This document shows, piece by piece, positions 34,345 to 48,137 of a DNA stretch of 64,000 bases. The DNA lies in NCBI GenBank assembly GCA_973895155.1, contig OZ316894.1:13821580-13885579 (forward strand). The letters run 5' to 3'. The notes beneath the pieces are model-generated. The model saw nothing but the letters and a program-made list of their open reading frames with translations, did not search any database and was not told the origin of the DNA. This DNA comes from Marsupella aquatica (Eukaryota > Plantae > Marchantiophyta). How positions within the stretch are numbered: the stretch's first letter is position 1; every line of letters begins with the position of its first letter. A program made the position numbers and the translations under genes.

Positions 34345-37300
34345 ATGGCTCCAAGGTTGCCTCTTCACAACCCATTTAGGATTAGGCATCATGATTCTAA
34401 ATTGTGGATGCGTGAACAAGCCCGGGCCGCCCAAGGTAGGAGTAGGAGGATGAGATGCCCATGCACACAGTGCCAAGGATTCAAGTTGTTGAGTTTGAAC
34501 ACTATGCACCTTCACCTGGTGCGGCATGAAAGGCACCCTTGATGGAGGGTTTGGAATGTACCAGCAGAAGAAGACTCCTCTGATGAAGAGTGGAGAGCTG
34601 ACTTGGTGGATTCTAATACAGCTAGGCGTAGAGACTACGTAGAGCAGGACATAGACTGTGCAGAGGATGGTCCTGGGGTCCAACATGAGAACGTGGATGA
34701 CCAAGATGGAGATGGAGAGGCAGTCACTAAGGACGGTGGGATGGATGTCCCAAGAATGGTTCAAGAGATTTTTGAAGACCTTGATGCTTTTTACGACACA
34801 GTGGAATCAGAAGAGGACAATGAACCGCAGCCACACATTGGCGACGGCCAAGCTGAACCTGACTTTGACATTGGGGAAGGTGCAGCAGAGAGGGAGTGGG
34901 TGTTTGGGGGCCCAAAACACATCAAAGAAGCTTGCATTCCTATCTACGAGGGGTCGAACTGCTCCAAGCTGGGTTTTGTCGTGTTGTTGTTGAACATCTG
35001 TGGCAATCACAATGTTCCCAATATATTTGTGACAGAGTTGTTGACCTTCCTGCGCCGAAATGTGTTACCAGATGGTAATTCAATTCCAAAAAATATGTAC
35101 GAGGCTAGGAAATTGATGTCTAACCTTGGGCTGAACTATGTGTCTATTGACGCATGCCCTGATGGGTGTGTTCTCTTTCGCAAAGAGCATGCAGATAAAT
35201 TGACATGCCCTCATTGTGGTAAGCACAAGTACAAGAATGTAGGGAAATGTACACACCCTGCCAAGGTTCTTCGTCATTTTCCTCTCATTCCTAGACTACA
35301 ACGTCTGTTTAGATGCCCTGCCATTTCCAAGCTGATGACATGGACTCCTGATAACAAGAGCAGTGATGGCCTGCAGCGTCACATTGGAGATTCCAACCAT
35401 TGGAAATTTGTTGATGAGAGGTGGCCACAGTTTGCTGCAGAGAAGCGGAACTTTAGATTTGGTCTATCACTGGATGGAGTAAACCCATTTGGAGACAAAA
35501 ACAACCGTTATTCATGTTGGCCGGTTACGCTGCTAAATTACAACCTTCCCCCATGGATGACTACAAAGAGGTTTTTTGTCATGATGGTGCTGTTAATCCT
35601 TGGACCAGCTTCTGTGACCGAGCAATTCATAGATATCATGTTGGCTCCAGCAGTGGAAGAGTGGAAGACTTTGTGGATAGAAGGGGTGTTAACCCATGAT
35701 GTTCTGAAGGGGCTTCTTCGACCCAGCCCCTTTAGACTGCATGCAATTTGTTTGCTGGATATAGCAGATTACCCAGGCCATGGCATCATATCTGGACGAG
35801 TGACAAAGGGCTATGTGGGGTGCACACCATGTGGGAAAAATGTGACAAGTGAGTGGTCGCATGCCCTGCACAGTATGAAATTTCAGGGGCATAGAAGGTA
35901 TCTGCCTGTTGATCATCCTTATAGGCACACACGGTCTCAAATTGCACACTTCAACAACAAAACAGAGCTTCGTGGCCCACCACAGAGGGTCACCAGAGAG
36001 CAAGTCCTGAGGTGGGCAGCCAGGAAGGCTGATTGGGACAAGAGAAGTGCCACTGATCGAGAACCTGAGGATCCAGTGGTGAAACACGGTGTGAAAAGAC
36101 AGACCTTGATGGACTTGGAGTTGGAGTACTGGAGGGTAATGTACTTAGCCTCCAGCCCCTGTATGATTGCAATTTTAGATTGGAGCAATGGTGGATTGAT
36201 GTTGGTTACAATCCTCCTATGTGGTTAATTAGTGTTTCTGTTGTTGAATTCTTTGCTTTGTGGAGTGCAGGAATTCGAGCCCAACAAACACAATGTGGAC
36301 GTCATGCACATTGAGAAAAATATTTGTGAGAGCTTGCTGAAGTTCTTGTCTGGTGAGAAAGATACAGGAGCAGTTCGAGCTGATATGCAACAGAAGGGGA
36401 TTCGCCCTCACCTTTGGTTGAAGCCCCATGCAAGCAATCCCAATGTACTTCTCAAGTTCCAAGCTCCCTATGTGTGCACACAGGATGAATGGAAGACATT
36501 CTTGTATAGATTGAGCTGTCTGAAAGTGCCCTCTGGCTATGCTGGTGCCTTCAAGAAGCATATTACAAAGAATAAACTTGGCAGTATGAAAACACATGAC
36601 TACCATGTGTTGATGTAGCACATTCTGCCCCTATGCCTCAGAGGTCTCATGCAGAAACCAGTCCGTAATGTCATTCTTCGACTGTGCAATGTATTTCGCC
36701 GTATATGTGTGAAAGTGTGGGATCCCCAAGGATTGGAGCAGTTGAAGCAGGATGCTGCTTATGTCCTCTGTGACTTGGAGATATACTTCCCCCCTGCTTT
36801 CTTTGATGTTATGACTCATCTCCTAATCCATGTGGTAGAAGAGCTAGGGCAGTATGGGCCAGTCAGTACCAGATGGATGTACCCTATGGAGCGATACATG
36901 AAGTTGTTGAAAGGTCATGTGAGAACATACTACAGGCCAGAGGCTTCCATGGCATTGGGGTACATTAAGGATGAGACGTTGGGATTCCTAACAGAGTACA
37001 TGGCTGGGTCTGGTGAAGCTATGACAAGAGTTTGGAAATCTGGTGAAGATGATGGAGTGAGTGGCGAGGTTGTTGAAGGTGTGGGACGTGCTGTTCAGCT
37101 GCTTGTTGCGATTCGAGACAAGGCTCATTCATATGTGCTGGCAAACATAGAGCCTATGCAACCATGGTGGAGGTGAGTGATTGAATTGACTTGCCTTTGT
37201 TGTGATGCTTCTTGTCTGTTCCAAGGGTGATCTTAGGTTGTCATGTGTTGTTTAGACCTAACTATGCCTGTACCTCATATTGCAGGGAATATGATATGCA

Positions 37301-38045
37301 AAAAGCTGCACACTCTGGGCAGCAGGATCCCTTCCCACAGTTCGAGCAATGGATTCGGGTGACAATTCGAGAGCATAGTAGACATCACCCAGATATGGAG
37401 AAGGATTTGTATCTTCTATTTGTGCCACCACGATTGTCTATTCTGACCTACAAACGGATGAGAGCTTATGGAAATCATTATCGAGTGAGGGATGAGCAGG
37501 GTGACCATTGTGTATCATATGATTGTGGTTTGATTTCTGTGTTTGAGCAGAGAACCTCTGAAGAACAGAGGGGGTGGATGAAGATGGGTTACGTGGGGGA
37601 GTTGACCGACATTTGGGTGTTGAATTATGGTAACACAAGTGTCCCAGTGATATTGATGAAGGGATCATGGGTGAAATCAGAGTGGCAGAGACCAAGGGCC
37701 ACCATGAAGCGTGATCATGATGGGTTCTTGTTGGCCAATTTTAGGTCCAGAGTACCAGAATGGTCTGAGCCTTTTGTTTTCCCTAGCCAAGTTGAACAGG
37801 CTTTCTTTGCAGATGTGGAGGAGTCACATGGCTGGAGGGTGGTATGCCATAGCCAAGCACGGAACAGGCGGATGGATGGAAGTAAAGTAGAGTTCAGTTT
37901 GGATGACCATGCTGCATTCGAGCATCCTAGTCATGAGACTGTACTTCCAACTCGGGCAGGGACTGACTACATCCCCTTAACATTGAGAGAGACATATGAT
38001 GAACCTGGGCAAATGGAATATGATGAGGTTGATGATTTGCAATAG
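34345..38045 (+). pseudogene. CACTA TnpD transposase (Transposase_21/DUF4218/DUF4216 type) with premature stops
   Basis: Motifs CPCTQC, IDACPDGC, LSLDGVNPF, YNLPPW, DVMHIEKN, HDYHVLM and WMYPMERY. In-frame TGA at 34540 and TAG at 36616. Introns at 36136-36270 and ~37173-37285. Confidence 0.95.
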
Positions 38046-38217
38046 GCAACAGCTGGCGATTGGCAAGTATGAGGTTGAGGATGACTACCTGCACAGAGTC
38101 ACAGAACGGGAATTGCTGCCTGGAATGATGTTTAGGATAGTTGGATATGCATGAAATTGATTGATACTTTGAATTTAGTGTGCTGATTCTCCCTGTTTGG
38201 TTGTGGGTGATGTGCAG

Positions 38218-41200
38218 AAGCTATGGGGGAAGAGGGTGATGACATGGAGACAGACATGGGGCTTGGAGAGTGGGGTGAAGAGGAAAGATTGGATATGGAT
38301 GGAGACCCAGATGCAGGGGGCTCACAGAAAAATGCACCTGTGCAAGATGCACAGGGCCCTCATCAAGTCCCAGGTAGGTGGGCAGCTAGAGAGAAATCAC
38401 ATAATCCATACCCTAGAAGGAGCCAGAGTTATTGGCAAGGGACGCCTGATAATTATGATGATGACTATGATGGAGCAGAAGATGGATGGGATGAATATGA
38501 ACACCCAGAGCGTGGTAGAGACGGGTACAGAGGGCAATGGAAAGGTGAGGAGGATGATTGGACAAGTAAGTGCCTTGTGCTAGTGATTTTGTGATGGTAG
38601 TAGAGATTTAGCTCAATATGCACTTATCTGATGTGTAGCTAGGGCAAAGAGTTTATCTTACAGGTCCATGAGTGTGGCATGTACCTGTTGGTATGCAGAC
38701 TCTGATTGGGACAATCACGAAAACAACAAAGGCCATCCACGTTCAGATAGGAGGCAATCATTCACAGGCGGGAGAAACGCCCCTAATTCATCAAGACAAA
38801 GCAATAGGACAGGTGGTCCAGAACCATCTATGCGCCAAGGGAGAGGTAACTTGGTCATTGCAGAATTGCTCTGAAGTCCACTGTATATTTGGCAACGGGA
38901 TTTATGATTCATACTTACCTAATGTAAGTGACTGTAAATGGATCCTCTAAATGTGCAGGGACTCCAGGGAGGTTTGGACAATGCAATCCAGGCCGTGGGG
39001 GGAGATCAGGCCGTGGAGGGACCCCAGGCCGTGGGGGGACACCAGGCCGTGGAGGGACACCTAGTAGCGCTTCAGGGAGTACCAAGGCAGGAGACAGTAA
39101 CAAATTTGGTAAAGTAGAAGTGAATTCCGAAGGTTGGATAACTCCCACATGTGATGGTAAGAACCGTTGGCATTCTGACCTAAGAGGAGAAGTATTGCGT
39201 TGGTTAGATTTGAGCATTACAGAGTTTAGGAGTCAGAACAAAGCTGATTGGGCTGCTATCTGCAAGGACATTCTTGAACGGTGGGAGTATGTTGGTAATG
39301 ATGGTAAGGGCCCAGTTGAAGATTGCATATCAGATTATGCAATGAGGATTTTGAAACAAGAGAGGCATAGGTTGAAAAGGATGTGGATAGACAATGGTTC
39401 TAACAGGAGAATGCCACCACCCCCATCATTGGAACTGGATCAATGGACACGGTTAATCAAAGGGTTCATGTCGGAGGCTGGACAGAGCAAGAGTGAACTG
39501 ATGTCAAATGCTCGAGGCAAAGTGAAACACCTTTCACAGGCTGGGAGAGGAAGTTATGCTCTAGTGAAAGAACAATTGGTAAGGCAGTGACATGCCTGAT
39601 AGTAAGCCTCAAACTTATCATCTTGCTACCATTATTACATTTTCATTGACAATCAACACTTGGTTTCATTCATATGTATGTTGATGTGGACTGCAGAAGA
39701 AATTGACAGGTGAAGAACCATCAGCACAAGAAGTGAGAGAGGAGTTCATGAAACAAAGGAGTGAGGTGACAAGTGTAACTTCCAAACAGGTGATTATGTT
39801 GTAATTCTGTATGTTCTGTGACTATTTGGCCTTGAGCATCAGAAAGAAATGTAGTAGGAAGTAAGCAACCAGTTCTTGGGGACAGTTATCTGAGATATGT
39901 AAGCTGTGTTATGACAGGGAACTGTTACAACTCTCACAGAGATGTGTGAACGGTTGAAGTCATTAGAGTGTGGACTCCCTCGAGTGGAAAGTAAATTGGC
40001 TGATCGTTTGGATATTGTGGAGGCATCTGTAGCGAACCTTCTTGCATCAGTGGAATCTAATTTCAAGCTTGTGATTGAAAAATTGGGTGGTTCCCAACCA
40101 AACAATGAGGGCAACATTGTACAAAGTGTGCCCTTGTTAACAAAAAAGGGAATTGGCAAATCTGACACAGGTATGGAAATGACACCGGCCCATTGTTCAT
40201 TGTGTCCTATGTTCAAATGTCAGAAGTAAGTTTTCATGAATTGAGTGAATGGTTTGAATGCAGGAAGAGTGGAGGCAGAGAAGGACCCTATAATCAGTAA
40301 GCAGAAGGGCAAGAAGGTTGCTGGGATAGGTAACCTGCTATGATCCAGTACATTACATTTGAAAAGTGCATGGAGTTTTGTGAAGCTTAAGCCGGTTGGA
40401 GGTAATCTTTTCTGTAAGAACTGGTTGGATGAACTGGGATCTGAAGTGACATCATGATTGATGTATTAGGTGATTCAAAGAGCAATAATGAAGAAGATGT
40501 GCCCAGTGCCTCAGTGACCATAGCCAAGGAGGTATCAGGTAAGCTGATGCTTTAAATTCCTCTATATGAATGTTGAGCAACAATTCAGTGGTTAATAGAT
40601 TCAACCTGAATATTGTGGTGTGTTTATTGATCAACAGAAGCAGACATGGAGCATATGGCAATGGCAAAGAAGGGGAAGAAGGCTGTTCATAATGGTAAGG
40701 AGATAGTGACAACTTTGTGGTTGGTGACATGTACATTTAGCACATGTGATGAGTGATTGACTTATGTTGGACATGACACTGAATTGTAGTTGATGCAGAG
40801 TTGACAGACTCTCAACCAAGTGGGAGTAGGGTGAAGCGACGTTGAAACTTGGGAGCAACATTGGATGCAAGTAAGATTGTAGATGCTTCAATTGAAGCAA
40901 GTACAATGTTGGCAGATACTGAGATGATGTCGCAGGGAAATCCTGCTACACAATCAGAAGTGTCAAATATGGATGCAGATTCTTTGAAGAAGAGTGTAGC
41001 CAATTCTCGATCACCAGCACAAAACACTCGTGCCAAAGTCATGACTCGCAACCAAGGTATGAATAATGTCATGTATAAGCCACCCAGGAAAGCCAAGAAA
41101 AACAGCCAGGGTAAGGTGGAGGTGATAGCCACAGCAGAGCCAGTCCATAATCTTCTATCATGGGAGGATGACTCGCAAGTATGTGTGGGTACAGGCATTT

Positions 41201-41394
41201 TGCGACCGGATCATGCAAAATTCCATGGCAAAGTGGTCCCGGATGACCATGTAGTAGTGTTGTTGACTACAGTGATTGTATCTGATTGTAATTTGCCATT
41301 TCCGAATAGAGACGATGATCCACCTCAGGAAATAATTGCAGATGCAGTAGGATCTCTTGTGCTCTGGCCATCAGAGTGTGTTAGTCTGCAGTGA
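38218..41394 (+). CDS. CACTA TnpA-like multi-exon gene
   Basis: Acidic and GRGGTP-repeat exons, a Ptta/Transposase_24-like exon (38958-39578), a coiled-coil exon, and a terminal exon with FHGKVVP...LPFPNRDDDPPQ...DAVGSLVLWP. Exon structure approximate. Confidence 0.7.
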
Positions 41395-43849
41395 CTGAAT
41401 GCAAGTGTAGATAGCATCATGTGAATTGTGTCACATTTTGACATTGCCTTGGAAAGATCCAAGAAATATCTGTACCAATTTTTCCATTTGGTAAAGAGGA
41501 TGAAGGAGACGTTGTGTGTGACATTGATATTTCTGAATTCTGTATGTATGAAACAAGTGATTGATGTCAAACTATGGCTCTATGGTGATTGTCTATGATA
41601 CTTGAATCTATTTTATCATTTCAGTATTAGTGTGTATGGTATAGAGGAATACTTTGTGACCTTCTTTGTAGTCTGTTTGAATCTGTGAATTCATATTAGT
41701 GTACATGGTATAGAAGATGGCTTTCTGAAACTATGTATTCTAATGTTAACATTATGAATGGTGAACTTATAGAGTGAGTTCATTCCAAGTACACAATAAA
41801 ACATGAATGCAATATATTATTTGTGCACAAGAGTGGGTTCATTCCAAGTAGTATAGTGGGGTCTTCATCACTCATATCCAGTTGACATGAAAGACTTATA
41901 CATACCCCACAAAGTATATTTAAAGACTACCCTCCATAACCTTTTTAGTCGTTCCCAACGACTCATCATCGCAGCCCATAAAAGACTGAAAATGACTCAC
42001 CAAAGCTACCCAGACAAAGACTAAAATAGACTGAAAATCCAGTCTATTAAACGACTTATAAACCAGTTCTATAAAGGACTCAGTTGATTATAGTAACAAA
42101 ACATACGACTCGCAGTCCTATAAAGGACTAGAGTCCTTCCCAGTCGTTTCCAAGTCCTATACGGTACTGAATAGTCGTTTAATGGGGTCTAAATACCCCC
42201 CGGTTTCTACTAGTGCCTTCCCCTCCCCAGCGCTGACTACGGAGGAGCTCATTGCCCCTGCCGAGGAACCACCGGTACCCGAGAGGATGGAGGACTACCA
42301 AGTAGCCCCGGGGACCACGGCCTACGACCTGGTCTAGAAGTTTAGCCAGACTATGTCTGGGGAGCTGGCGACGTACATCGGACAACAAGTCTCGGCGTAC
42401 TTTCAACCAGCCTTCTTCATGTTAGAGCACCAACCACGGATCGTAAGCCGCCTGGAAGAAGAACTCATGGCGAAGGGGAATGAGATCGGGCGCCTCCAGA
42501 TGTTGGTAGAGCACCTCAAGGAGGAGGCAACAACCCGACGCAAGGAGTTAGTCCGCACCGTCGAACAGAGGGATGGACTAAACCAGGAGTTAAGCGGAGC
42601 GCAGGTTGAACTCAAGAAGCTGGATGACACCGTGCTTCAATTACGCTCAGAATCTTCGGCTCGGGTTACCAACCTGACCGACCTCAACAAACAATTCCTA
42701 CAGGCAGCACAACAGGTGGCTAGTCTCTCCGCCGAACAAGATAAATTGCTAGCACAGGACCAGATCCATCGCAACTCCATCGACAAGCTCAATCTGGAGG
42801 TAGCGCGGCTCCAGACCGAGGTCGATGAAGCTGCAAATGAGGCGGAGGAGGCAGTACGGGACAACAAGGCCTTGCAGGACCGCATTACCCTGCTCATCCT
42901 CTAGCGGGGAAAACCTGGGCCCACCTCTGATCAAGGCGGCTCGAGGTCTCGTCCCGACAAGGGGACCAGCCTTGGTCCAACCACTGCACACACGTAAGGG
43001 GTGGTTAGCGAAGGGTGGAAGCAGGCGCCGTGCGAGGCAGTTAAGTCAGCGGCATCTTTTGGTTAGGCGTAATGACATAATGACTGTCATTAGGTGCCGA
43101 TTAGCGGCAGTAAGAAGAATTAGGGCCGGATCAGTTAGGATCCGCCAACGTAGGATGGAGTCCATCAACGGACTAGAATTAGTCAGTAGGCTTGGCCGTT
43201 GCCATTCCGGTCAGCACCTTGTCGTCGACGGTCAACCAGTCAGAGCGGCGCGGCCAGTAGTCAGTAGGTAGTTAGTCAGTAGGTAGTATCCCGGAAGGCA
43301 GTATCCTCCGGCTCTCCTCCGCGATTGTAGTATTTAGGCTTCCCCTTCCGCCGAGGAAGGGGAGAAGGCTTAGTTATCTCAGCAGAGGGAAGGTGAGGCA
43401 CGGGGAGTCCCGGCCTGAGCAGGGTCAGAGTGCACCAAGGAGTGAGAGCCAGAGTCGAGCTTGCTGGGCAAGTATGTGGTGTTGTATGTATGCTTTGTCT
43501 GGGTAAAGGCGCCATTTTAAGGGACGTACCGGGTGCGGACTAATGGTAGGGATTGCCACTCATTGTATGTCACAAGGTCCTGTCGTGTTGATGGCTTGAA
43601 AGGCCCCAAGCCGGGAGTTAGTCCGAGTCACTAACTGAGGGAATATTCCAGCGGTGGAAAACAAATATACCTATGACTAGTACAAATTATTCAGGTGTTA
43701 TACCGGTAAGTATATCGACTTAGCCCAACTTAGGGCTAATTGAGGTCACTACACACCTCCTTGCCCGAACCCTCACCCTTACTGGTGGTCGAGGTCGCAC
43801 CATGGCACTAAACTGGATTTAAGGCCCAGGTTAGCGGCGCGATAGAGGC

Positions 43850-44379
43850 AGATTGATGGAGCATACTATGGATCTGTCTAGATCTAAATCACACAATGGA
43901 TCTAAATCTAAGTCCCATAGTAAGAAAGTTCAGTGTTGGCATTGCCATGAGAAGGGCCACACCAAGTGGAATAGTCCTTCTTTGTCAAAGCAAAAGCATC
44001 TTGCTTCCAATGGTGCGTCCTGATCATCAGCTGGTATTGTGATTGTTGATAATGAGGATGTTGTTGAAGTGCTATGTATTGATGCTATGAATTTTGTGTA
44101 TGACAATAAATGGATGTTGGATTTGGGTTCCTCTTATCACGTGTGTCCAATGCAATCATATTTCTCCACTTACCAATCTTGTACTGGTACTGCGGAAATC
44201 AGAAAAATGGTGTTCGATGTGCAATTGTTGGCATGGGGACTATCAAATTCTGGATGTATGATGGTGTTGTGCGAGCACTAATAGGAGTTAGGCACATCCC
44301 AGACATCTCTAAGAACTTAATTTCTCTTGGTGTTTTGGAAGCTGGTGAATCTTATTTCACTACACGTGATGGGTGTGCT
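43850..44379 (+). pseudogene. Continuation of the Copia gag-pol: zinc knuckle and aspartic protease
   Basis: RSKSHNGSKSKSHSKKVQCWHCHEKGH; WMLDLGSSYHVCP; VRHIPDISKNLISLGVL. Resumes exactly after TSD GAGGC. Confidence 0.85.
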
Positions 44380-44737
44380 TGTGACGCCGCCAGGACGGCT
44401 GGTAATAAGTAATACGGCTTAATCCGTGTTATGCATGTCAGAAGTAGATGTAGGAATCCGTAGTTATTAGCATAATGACACAATGTTAGCTAGTCATGAT
44501 GTTTAGAACGGGTTTAGTAATAATGGGATTTCATGCTCGGGTTGGCGACGCGGCACCTGACGTACCAACGGATTGGGGGCGCGTTATGGCGGTCAACTGC
44601 GGGCCCGTATAATAGTGCCACAATCAAATTTTTGCCACGCTCTTACCCAGATTGGAGGAGTGATTGAGAAGCCTTGAGCGTAATAGGCTTGGCCTATCAT
44701 AGGCAGAGGGAGCCGATCGTTCGACTCACAACAAAGG

Positions 44738-47017
44738 TGTGACACGGGTAACATGTCACTAAATAGGACACAAGTCATAGATAGGATATATACGGTCATT
44801 AGGACCATAGCCACAAGGTAAAGTAGAGCGTGTAGCCGTCTTTGCAATTATGAATAGACTAGGAATAGGTTAGTTGACTTAATGATTAGGAATTGCGGGT
44901 GAGTTATTATGATCATAACAACAATCTGTTAGGGGGATCACGCTTGGACCAAGATGTCCAAACTTGAGCCATTAACGACAATTAACGGCCCCGCATTCTC
45001 ACGCTCGAGCTTGCCTTGGCACCCCCACAAGAGCCCAGTTGATGGCACCGCAACCCATTTGCTCTTTCGCACTTTTCAAGATTGGTGGACGTTGCCGGTC
45101 GCTCTCGCATTTTGCTTGGATTGAGATAATTTTTATCGGAAAATATCAAGGGTTACGCGCGTATTGTGATGAGATTTAGTCAGAGCGGGAGAGGCAGACT
45201 TGACAAAATGGACTGCAAAGGTTAGTATGACCCTTACAGCTTTGGGATTTTGGACCTTGTTTGGTGAGGTAGGTGCTAAGTTCTTCGAGACTTATTGGTA
45301 CTCTTGCCCCAAGAAAGCCGCCTACGAACAAAGATACGCAAAGTTGGTGGCCAAGGTAGCACAGGTTAACTGTGAGAAGACAACAATCACCAAGGATTCC
45401 AGCTACAACAAGCTACAAGACTACATTACTGAGCTATACCTCAGCAAGGAGGGACTTAGATCGGTAACAGAGGCAGTTCTTGAAGTCCCCACAAAGTTCT
45501 TTAGGCTGAAGGGCGGCCAGAGGTTGACTCAGGCGGAGTTTGACAAGATCCCGGGTTACATTGACCAGCAGATTGCAGCCAAAAAGCACAAAGAGGACAT
45601 CAGCAGTTAACAAGAAGCGGCGCATAATCTCACATTTCTTGGGGAAAGCTCCAATACCTTTGACTGGGATATGGCTACTCCAACGGCACCCCCAGCCACT
45701 CGACCTATGACTACCGGCGTACCCCCAAACCAAACCCAGGTTCGTTCGATGAACAACACCGAGTGCTCTTCAGGTTCCAACGGACGAGTTAGTCTGCAAC
45801 TAGAGCAACGCTCCCGTAAGCGGGCAAGGAATACACCGGGTCTAGAACCGACTGCGCGGACTAACGCCACCCCCGTACCCGTTCCTGCCCTGGCCAACTT
45901 GCCACCCAACAACCAGTCCCGACGGCCATCAAGAATTTGCATCCCCAAGGTAGTCTGGACCGCCATCAAGAAACCAGACCACGCGGGCTACCTTAAGGAG
46001 CATCAGTTGGAGCATTTTGCTCATTTGCTATGGAGGCCTAGTGCTGCCGTGTCAAAGGATGTTTAAGAGTTCATCTCCAACTTTGACATTGATGCACCTA
46101 CCACCAAGGTCTTAGGGCAGACCCTATCGCTTACGGAGTACCGGTTGGCACAAATCTTTTGTCTGAAAAACGGGCACGTGTTGGTTGAACTCCAAATTTG
46201 GGATAAGGAGTATACACCCCGGGACTTCAAACTCGAGGGTAAGATGGACAACGGGTAAAAGCAGGGTCCATGTACCAACCTAGTCTGTATGGAGCGGCTT
46301 AACTTCATACGGACTACCTTACACATGATCGAGCCATGATCCGAGATCTCCCTCTGTACGATTGTACAGGTGGAGCAGTATAAACGGCAAACTGGGCCCA
46401 ATTCTTTAGCCGTAGGTTCTTGGGGGAGCTTACGTTGGCTCAAGCAGGTATGTCTATTGGGGAAAGGGCCTATCTAGGAAGTCACATCGCCATCATCCTA
46501 GCTTGGTATAAGGCACAGCGGGAGGCCAAGGGAAAGAATATGGCTACCTCGGCCCCGACTAGCATCGCCCCCGCTCCCAAAGAGACTGCATCAATCGAGC
46601 GGACTACCACGCCTCGGGTAAACCCTAAACGCGCAACACCGCGGACTACACCTCCGCCACCTCCCCCCGTCGAGCCTCCGCTACCCCCAACGCAACCACC
46701 TCCCATTCCTCTGCCGCCTGAAGAAACCATTCCCTCCCCATTACGGACTACGGAGAAAGTCGTCGCCCCGCCCGAGGACACACCTCTACCCGAGAGAATG
46801 GAGGACTAACTATGGGAGCCTTCCAGCGGTGGAAAACAAAAATACCTATGATATTAGTGATTTTCATGTAATATTATACCGGTATGTATATTGATATAGT
46901 CCGACTTGGGCTAACTAGGGCCACTACACACCTCCTTGCCCGAAACCTCATCTCTACTAGTGGTCGTGCGCGCGCCGAGGAACTAACTCGGATTAAGGCT
47001 CGGGTTATTGGGCGACA
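44738..47017 (+). mobile_element. Solo-LTR-like unit, copy 2 (internally deleted, 2.28 kb)
   Basis: Ends TGTGACACGG...GGGCGACA with TSD AAAGG (44733-44737 and 47018-47022). About 1.5 kb is missing at ~46808 relative to copy 3. Confidence 0.88.
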
Positions 47018-48137
47018 AAAGGTATAAAAGGCGAGCCCTTCACTCTTTTCCCTCTCATGAATCTCTCCTCGTGCAAGCTCTGAGCTCACCCCTTTGCACA
47101 CTTAGTAATTCATCTAGCCCTCAACACCTCGCCATATGTCTGTCACAATCGAGTCATAATTATGTCCAATTTTGCTATTTGCTTTTGTACCAATTTTTAG
47201 GCATTGGTAACCATCTTGCAACCTCACTTGCCAAGCACAATCCGTGCAAGTACAAAGCCGAAAGGCATTACAAACGGCTTATCCATTTGAACGGGTGCTC
47301 TCAGTACAACAACGACCTTAATCTTCCATTCAAGAGCAAGTATTGCCAGGACAAAGAGATCATTGAGTTCTTCTTTGAGGGATCAAAGTACCTCGGCTTT
47401 GGAGAAGCATTGCTCCGACTCTCGGACAAGGTCTTCAAGATCCCTGGCATGATGGACTTACAGCGTCATCATTTTGACGACATCCCTGCCAGGGTGTAGT
47501 CCGATCTGAACTGTCAGTTTGGCAATAATCCAAACCCAGGCGGACCTTCATCAATTGCAACATTGCTTGGCTTTCCAGCAGGAACACTGGGCCCCATGGC
47601 CAACTTGCCCGCATTAGGGCAAGCGCAGACGCCCCCGGGCACCCTCAAGCCGCTCTCCCCCACTGGTCGCACCATCTGCTTGTGTGCGGTCCATAGTGAA
47701 TGTGGTCAACCTCAGTTCAGAGGATGAGGAGGCCCCTTCCCTTCACCGCAATCCACTAGGTACCTATCAATCCGAGATGGGTATCATGCCACCGTCCCAA
47801 TCACCCGGGAGGCAACCCCGGTAGACAACATAGTGACGGTCACAGCCCTGACACCAATACTAACGGCAATAGCAATACCGCCACCGGATAGACAAGATGG
47901 GGAGATGTCCCCCTCCATGCGTCAACCCCATAACCAATCTTGGGGTAGGAAGCAAAATGAGCCGGCTTTAGTATTTACCTGTGGCCACCATTGCAGTGGC
48001 CAAATTAACCATGCATCAAATGGAGGAGAATGTCCACAAAAACATTCTCCACCCCAAGCATGCAGGGTACCTGAAGACCCAAGGGTTTGAGCACCTCGCC
48101 GCCCTCCCTTGGAACACTTGCATGTATTATGGGCAAG

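Larger units (their letters stand above)
25107..42215 (+). mobile_element. Complete CACTA (En/Spm) transposon, 17.1 kb
   Basis: Perfect 18-bp TIR CACTAGTAGAAACCGGGG and 3-bp TSD CCT. Removing it restores GAAGA(G/A)ACCTTCCCCTCCCC, as in the uninterrupted copy at ~50216. GACT/AGTC subterminal repeats. Confidence 0.97.
23017..43844 (+). mobile_element. Solo-LTR-like protein-coding unit, copy 1 (~3.7 kb, split by a CACTA)
   Basis: Ends TGTGACACGG...GGCGCGATA with 5-bp TSD GAGGC (23012-23016 and 43845-43849). Segments 23017-25106 and 42219-43844 are colinear with the copy at 48138-51987. Confidence 0.85.
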
